Source of the DNA: Trichlorobacter lovleyi SZ | GTDB taxonomy: Bacteria; Desulfobacterota; Desulfuromonadia; Geobacterales; Pseudopelobacteraceae | DNA length: 32,000 bases | Assembly (NCBI RefSeq): GCF_000020385.1 | Contig: NC_010814.1 | Coordinates: 3,690,001-3,722,000, forward strand | Reading direction: 5' to 3' | Shown here: in pieces, positions 30,229-32,000 of the stretch | How positions within the stretch are numbered: position 1 is the stretch's first letter | How the letters are laid out: each line of letters opens with the position of its first letter | The notes under the pieces: generated by a model | The model's database searches: none | What the model was told of the DNA's origin: nothing | Seen by the model: only the letters and a program-made list of their open reading frames with translations | Translations under genes and position numbers: made by a program

Positions 30229-30570
30229 ATGAAACAGCTTCTACCCGCTATTGTTCTGCTGATCCTGGCCCTGCCCGGATGCAGCATGTTTACGGCCTGG
30301 AAGAGCATCCCTCCACCGGGTGGCTGCGATCAATGCCACTCAACAGAGCTCTCCACCAACTGGACCGTGGCGTATCGCGCAGCAACAGTGGCTGATGAGC
30401 GTGGACAGCTTGCTTTTCAGACTCCCCAGTACAACACCCCGATCAGAAAGAACCAGCCTGCTTCTGCCCTGGATCTGCGCAAGGTTGAAGATTCACGCTG
30501 CTTTGACTGTCACAATGCCCCGACCCCAGCCCATAAGGAGCGTAAGGGCAAGTACCACCACGGCCTATAA
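30229..30570 (+). CDS. Small lipoprotein c-type cytochrome with two CXXCH haem-binding motifs
   Basis: MKQLLPAIVLLILALPGC is a lipoprotein signal. CDQCH and CFDCH are the haem motifs. An AAGGAG SD lies 7 nt upstream of ATG 30229; the ORF-track start at 30190 was rejected. Confidence 0.8.
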   Translation: MKQLLPAIVLLILALPGCSMFTAWKSIPPPGGCDQCHSTELSTNWTVAYRAATVADERGQLAFQTPQYNTPIRKNQPASALDLRKVEDSRCFDCHNAPTPAHKERKGKYHHGL

Positions 30571-30578
30571 AAAAAATA

Positions 30579-30606
30579 TTGACATTATTTTAGCACTGAG
30601 TATAGT
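30579..30606 (+). promoter_or_regulatory. Near-consensus sigma70 promoter TTGACA-N16-TATAGT
   Basis: -35 at 30579-30584 and -10 at 30601-30606. It is followed by a short leader with the hairpin CCCTGT-CGTT-ACAGGG and the SD AAGAGGTGA. Confidence 0.6.
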
Positions 30607-30669
30607 TTCCCTTTGTTGCTTACACTGCCCTGTCGTTACAGGGTTAAATAACCCAAGAGGTGAAATCAC

Positions 30670-30885
30670 ATGAAAAAAATGCTCTCCCTGTCCCTGGTAC
30701 TGGCTCTGGCTCTCGGCGTTGCTGCTGGCTGCAAGAAGAAAGAAGAAGCTGCTCCTGCTGCTCCTGCTGCTCCTGCTGCAGAAGCTCCCAAGGCTCCCGA
30801 AGCTCAGAAGCCTATGTCTTCTGTAAAAGCTCCTGAAGCTGCTGCTCCTGCCGCTGCTCCCGCAAAAGAAGAGAAGAAGCACTAA
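30670..30885 (+). CDS. Small (71-aa) Ala/Pro/Lys/Glu-rich lipoprotein, predicted to be disordered and highly expressed
   Basis: MKKMLSLSLVLALALGVAAGC is a lipobox signal. The mature part is KKKEEAAPAAPAAPAAEAPKAPEA... The gene has a strong promoter, SD and terminator. 20 of its 23 Ala codons are GCT. Confidence 0.75.
   Translation: MKKMLSLSLVLALALGVAAGCKKKEEAAPAAPAAPAAEAPKAPEAQKPMSSVKAPEAAAPAAAPAKEEKKH
30748..30774 (+). repeat. Three perfect tandem copies of GCTGCTCCT (AAP x3) inside the small lipoprotein gene
   Basis: Counted directly in the sequence. A fourth, partial copy follows (GCTGCA). Confidence 0.9.
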
Positions 30886-30904
30886 TTCTCATTTTTTGTT
30901 CATG

Positions 30905-30938
30905 AAAGCCTGTCAGGGTAACCTGACAGGCTTTTTTT
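30905..30938 (+). terminator. Rho-independent terminator
   Basis: GCCTGTCAGG (30908-30917), loop GTAA, CCTGACAGGC (30922-30931), followed by TTTTTTT. Confidence 0.88.
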
Positions 30939-30957
30939 GTTTCAGGAGCATGAAATC

Positions 30958-31293
30958 ATGCATGAAATGGCACTTACTCAGGGAATTGTCGATATCTGTC
31001 TGCAGCATGCCGGCGGGCAGCGGATCTCCACCGTTGTCATCGAGATCGGAACGTTATCCGGCGTTGTGCCTGAGGCCGTTGAGTTTTGTTTCTCAGCCTG
31101 CAGCACTGAAACGCTGGCAGCATCAGCCCGTCTTGAAATTCGCAGAATAGAGGCACAGGGACGTTGCCTTGATTGCTCTGGCGTACAACCGGTTGAACGG
31201 CTCTATGACCCATGCAGGCAGTGTGGCAGCTATGCCCTGGAACTTCTCAGCGGTGAAGAGATGCGGGTGGTAGAGATAGAGGTAGATGACTAA
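30958..31293 (+). CDS. hypA: Hydrogenase nickel-insertion (maturation) protein HypA
   Basis: MHEMALTQGIVD is the N-terminal MHE nickel motif. CLDC-N12-CRQC is the zinc site. 111 aa. The start ATG 30958 has an AGGAG SD; the ORF-track start at 30937 lies within the terminator U-tract. Confidence 0.9.
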   Translation: MHEMALTQGIVDICLQHAGGQRISTVVIEIGTLSGVVPEAVEFCFSACSTETLAASARLEIRRIEAQGRCLDCSGVQPVERLYDPCRQCGSYALELLSGEEMRVVEIEVDD

Positions 31294-31341
31294 AAAGGGC
31301 TGATCCGTTACCGGAGCAGCCCCTCTCGTTTTTCTTGTTTT
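31292..31341. terminator. Bidirectional terminator between the convergent hypA and pckG genes
   Basis: GGGCTGATCCG (31297-31307), loop TTAC, CGGAGCAGCCC (31312-31322), with one mismatch in the stem. An A-run lies upstream and TCTCGTTTTTCTTGTTTT downstream. Confidence 0.6.
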
Positions 31342-31357
31342 CAACAAACCCTTCTAA

Positions 31358-32000
31358 CTATTCATTCCAGCCCTCAGGATGCACCTCACCGATCTGTTCC
31401 CAATGCTCCGGTGAGCGCCAGAGCGAGGAAAGAATCAGTTCGCGGATATGCAGAAACTCCTTGGGAAGCTTGTCGTACATCTTGACGAACAGCTCTTCGT
31501 GGGAAATGACCTCATTCTGCCAGACATCACGGTCAACGGACATCAGTTCGTTGAACTTCTCGCGGGACATTTCGATCCCTTCCCAGTCCATATCCTCATA
31601 GCGCGGCATCCAGCCCAGCGGGCATTCAACCGAACCGGTCTTGCCCTGCACCCGCTCTGCAATCCACTTCAGTACCCGCATATTCTCGCCATAGCCGGGC
31701 CAGATAAACTTGCCGTTGGCATCCTTGCGGAACCAGTTGACGCTAAAGATACGAGGCGGACGGGCAATCGAGCGGCCGAACTGCAGCCAGTGCGCAAAGT
31801 AGTCGGCCATATGGTAGCCGCAGAACGGCAGCATGGCAAACGGATCACGCCGAACATTGCCGGTTGCACCGACAGCAGCAGCGGTCGTTTCCGAACCGAG
31901 GGTCGAGGCGAGGTAGACGCCATAGTTCCAGTTGAAGGCCTGATAGACCAGCGGCACGGTATCCTTGCGACGGCCACCGAAGATAAAGGCACTCATCGGT
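31358..32000 (-). CDS. pckG: Phosphoenolpyruvate carboxykinase (GTP); C-terminal part, continues past the window end
   Basis: [52 protein letters not shown] is diagnostic for GTP-dependent PEPCK. The reading frame stays open to the window edge. Confidence 0.93.
   Translation of the reverse strand, partial: PMSAFIFGGRRKDTVPLVYQAFNWNYGVYLASTLGSETTAAAVGATGNVRRDPFAMLPFCGYHMADYFAHWLQFGRSIARPPRIFSVNWFRKDANGKFIWPGYGENMRVLKWIAERVQGKTGSVECPLGWMPRYEDMDWEGIEMSREKFNELMSVDRDVWQNEVISHEELFVKMYDKLPKEFLHIRELILSSLWRSPEHWEQIGEVHPEGWNE

Noticed and set aside
30565-30882. A 105-aa minus-strand Ser/Arg-rich ORF opposite the small lipoprotein gene.
   Set aside because: It is the mirror image of the GCT/CCT repeat. 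The promoter, SD, lipobox and terminator all support the plus-strand gene.

Overview
This is a 32-kb chromosomal window with about 30 tightly packed genes and no rRNA, tRNA or CRISPR that I could find. The gene content (many c-di-GMP enzymes, a small multihaem lipoprotein cytochrome, GTP-dependent PEPCK, HypA) suggests a Geobacter/Desulfuromonadales-like deltaproteobacterium, but that is inference only. In coordinate order the window holds: a TetR-controlled RND efflux operon (tetR, MFP, RND pump, start of the OMF gene, all on the minus strand); a second, divergent TetR followed by a MotB/OmpA-like gene; a Cache-GGDEF diguanylate cyclase; typA; a PhnD-like binding protein coupled to a Cache-PAS-GGDEF cyclase; uvrB; a translationally coupled operon of a small protein, an HDOD protein and a hybrid histidine kinase; a YgbA-family gene; a PstS-like binding protein coupled to a membrane PAS-GGDEF-EAL gene; then pdxA-sfsA, a Dabb protein, a cytidylate-kinase-like protein, an mtgA-like/PLD-type/TatD cluster, a dihaem lipoprotein cytochrome c, a small Ala/Pro-rich lipoprotein with strong expression signals, hypA, and the 3' part of pckG. 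The best-supported finding is that an intact IS256-family element has split the PAS-GGDEF-EAL gene; it is flanked by a perfect 9-bp target duplication, and removing it restores one reading frame. The most interesting biology is two neighbouring modules in which an orphan periplasmic binding protein is paired with a c-di-GMP enzyme, an arrangement like NspS-MbaA but using phosphate/phosphonate-type binding proteins. I did not recognise a clearly novel defence or other multi-gene system. Start codons were refined by eye, and all functional calls rest on recognised motifs, not on database searches.
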